From Azolla caroliniana (Eukaryota > Plantae > Polypodiophyta), in NCBI GenBank assembly GCA_043228905.1, contig JBHGNT010000012.1, positions 13,764,001-13,828,000 on the forward strand: DNA of 64,000 nt, written 5' to 3'. The stretch's first letter is position 1. The number at the start of each line of letters is the position of its first letter. The position numbers were made by a program, and so were the translations under genes. Shown piece by piece: positions 63,416 to 64,000 of the stretch. The notes under the pieces are model-generated. The model did not search any database. It was not told where the DNA came from and saw only the letters and a list, made by a program, of their open reading frames with translations.

Positions 63416-64000
63416 TGTCGTGAAAATCCGTCACTATGTGCGGATCGTGAGACGGAACCGCCAAGGTTCTGGACTAGAAGGATTTAGAGCAACATGTACA
63501 ACACAAGCAAGTTTTAAGCATAAGACAAGTGGGAGAGACAAATCATTAGATTATTGCAAAAGAAAATCGATTCTTAATAATTTCAAAATCTAGTTACAAT
63601 GGGTTGGGTATGGAAATGAGAGATTAATTTTTCAAAGAAAGGAGCCAACAACCATGCAAGGAGTGGTTTGATATGAATACGAGAGATAATTTTTGACCAA
63701 AAAGATCGAGTAAACAAAGCTAGGAGTTTGATATCAATATGTGAGATAATTTTTTTCTCAAAAACCTAGAGGGAAGAAGAAGGAAGAGGGGAAAAAAAAA
63801 CTAGTAGGGAAAAAAAATGGGACATATATCCAGCTCCTCGTTGATCCTCCCTCCCCAATGTTACTTTGCATGCCCACTTTTAGTTGGATGGCCTCTATTT
63901 TTAGTTGCATGCTTCCATTTTTAGATGCATGCCTTTTACTTTTAGTTGCATGGCCTTGGCTTTTGGTTGCATGCGATTGTTCGTATAATTCGGCCAAATG
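63416..64000 (-). mobile_element. Second LTR of the same Gypsy family (partial, at window edge)
   Basis: Begins TGTCGTGAAAATCCGTCACTATGTGCGGATCGTGAG, like the copy at 61194. Confidence 0.85.

Larger units (their letters stand above)
59341..64000 (+). mobile_element. Ty1/Copia element C (relative of element A), running beyond the window and interrupted twice
   Basis: LTR 59341-59911, PBS TGGTATCAGAGC at 59915-59926, gag ATG at 59927. gag and protease run to 61193; the integrase N-terminus lies at 63055-63415. Confidence 0.9.

Overview
Eukaryotic nuclear DNA from a land plant, most likely a fern or another non-seed vascular plant. That assignment is inferred from the expanded PLS-PPR family, a WW-like DYW domain and Tcn1-type chromoviruses. 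The only intact host genes are four intronless PLS-class PPR (organellar RNA-editing type) ORFs. The rest is nested mobile DNA: a Tcn1-like chromovirus, two L1-clade LINEs, three Copia elements, deleted Gypsy elements, solo LTRs and a hAT MITE. The most notable hidden feature is not in the ORF track as a single ORF. It is a spliced, decayed beta-class DNA amino-methyltransferase gene (N6A/N4C type; GD...DIPY, W-x-K, NPxQKP, DLFSGT motifs) on the minus strand at 46518-59340. It is split by an 11.3-kb nested Copia insertion and appears to belong to a DNA-transposon-like unit. Other highlights are a DYW domain with HSE changed to QCV, a PPR gene whose stop codon comes from a Gypsy RT relic, and a chromovirus with self-priming, a -1 frameshift pseudoknot and tRNA-type Pol III boxes in its LTR.
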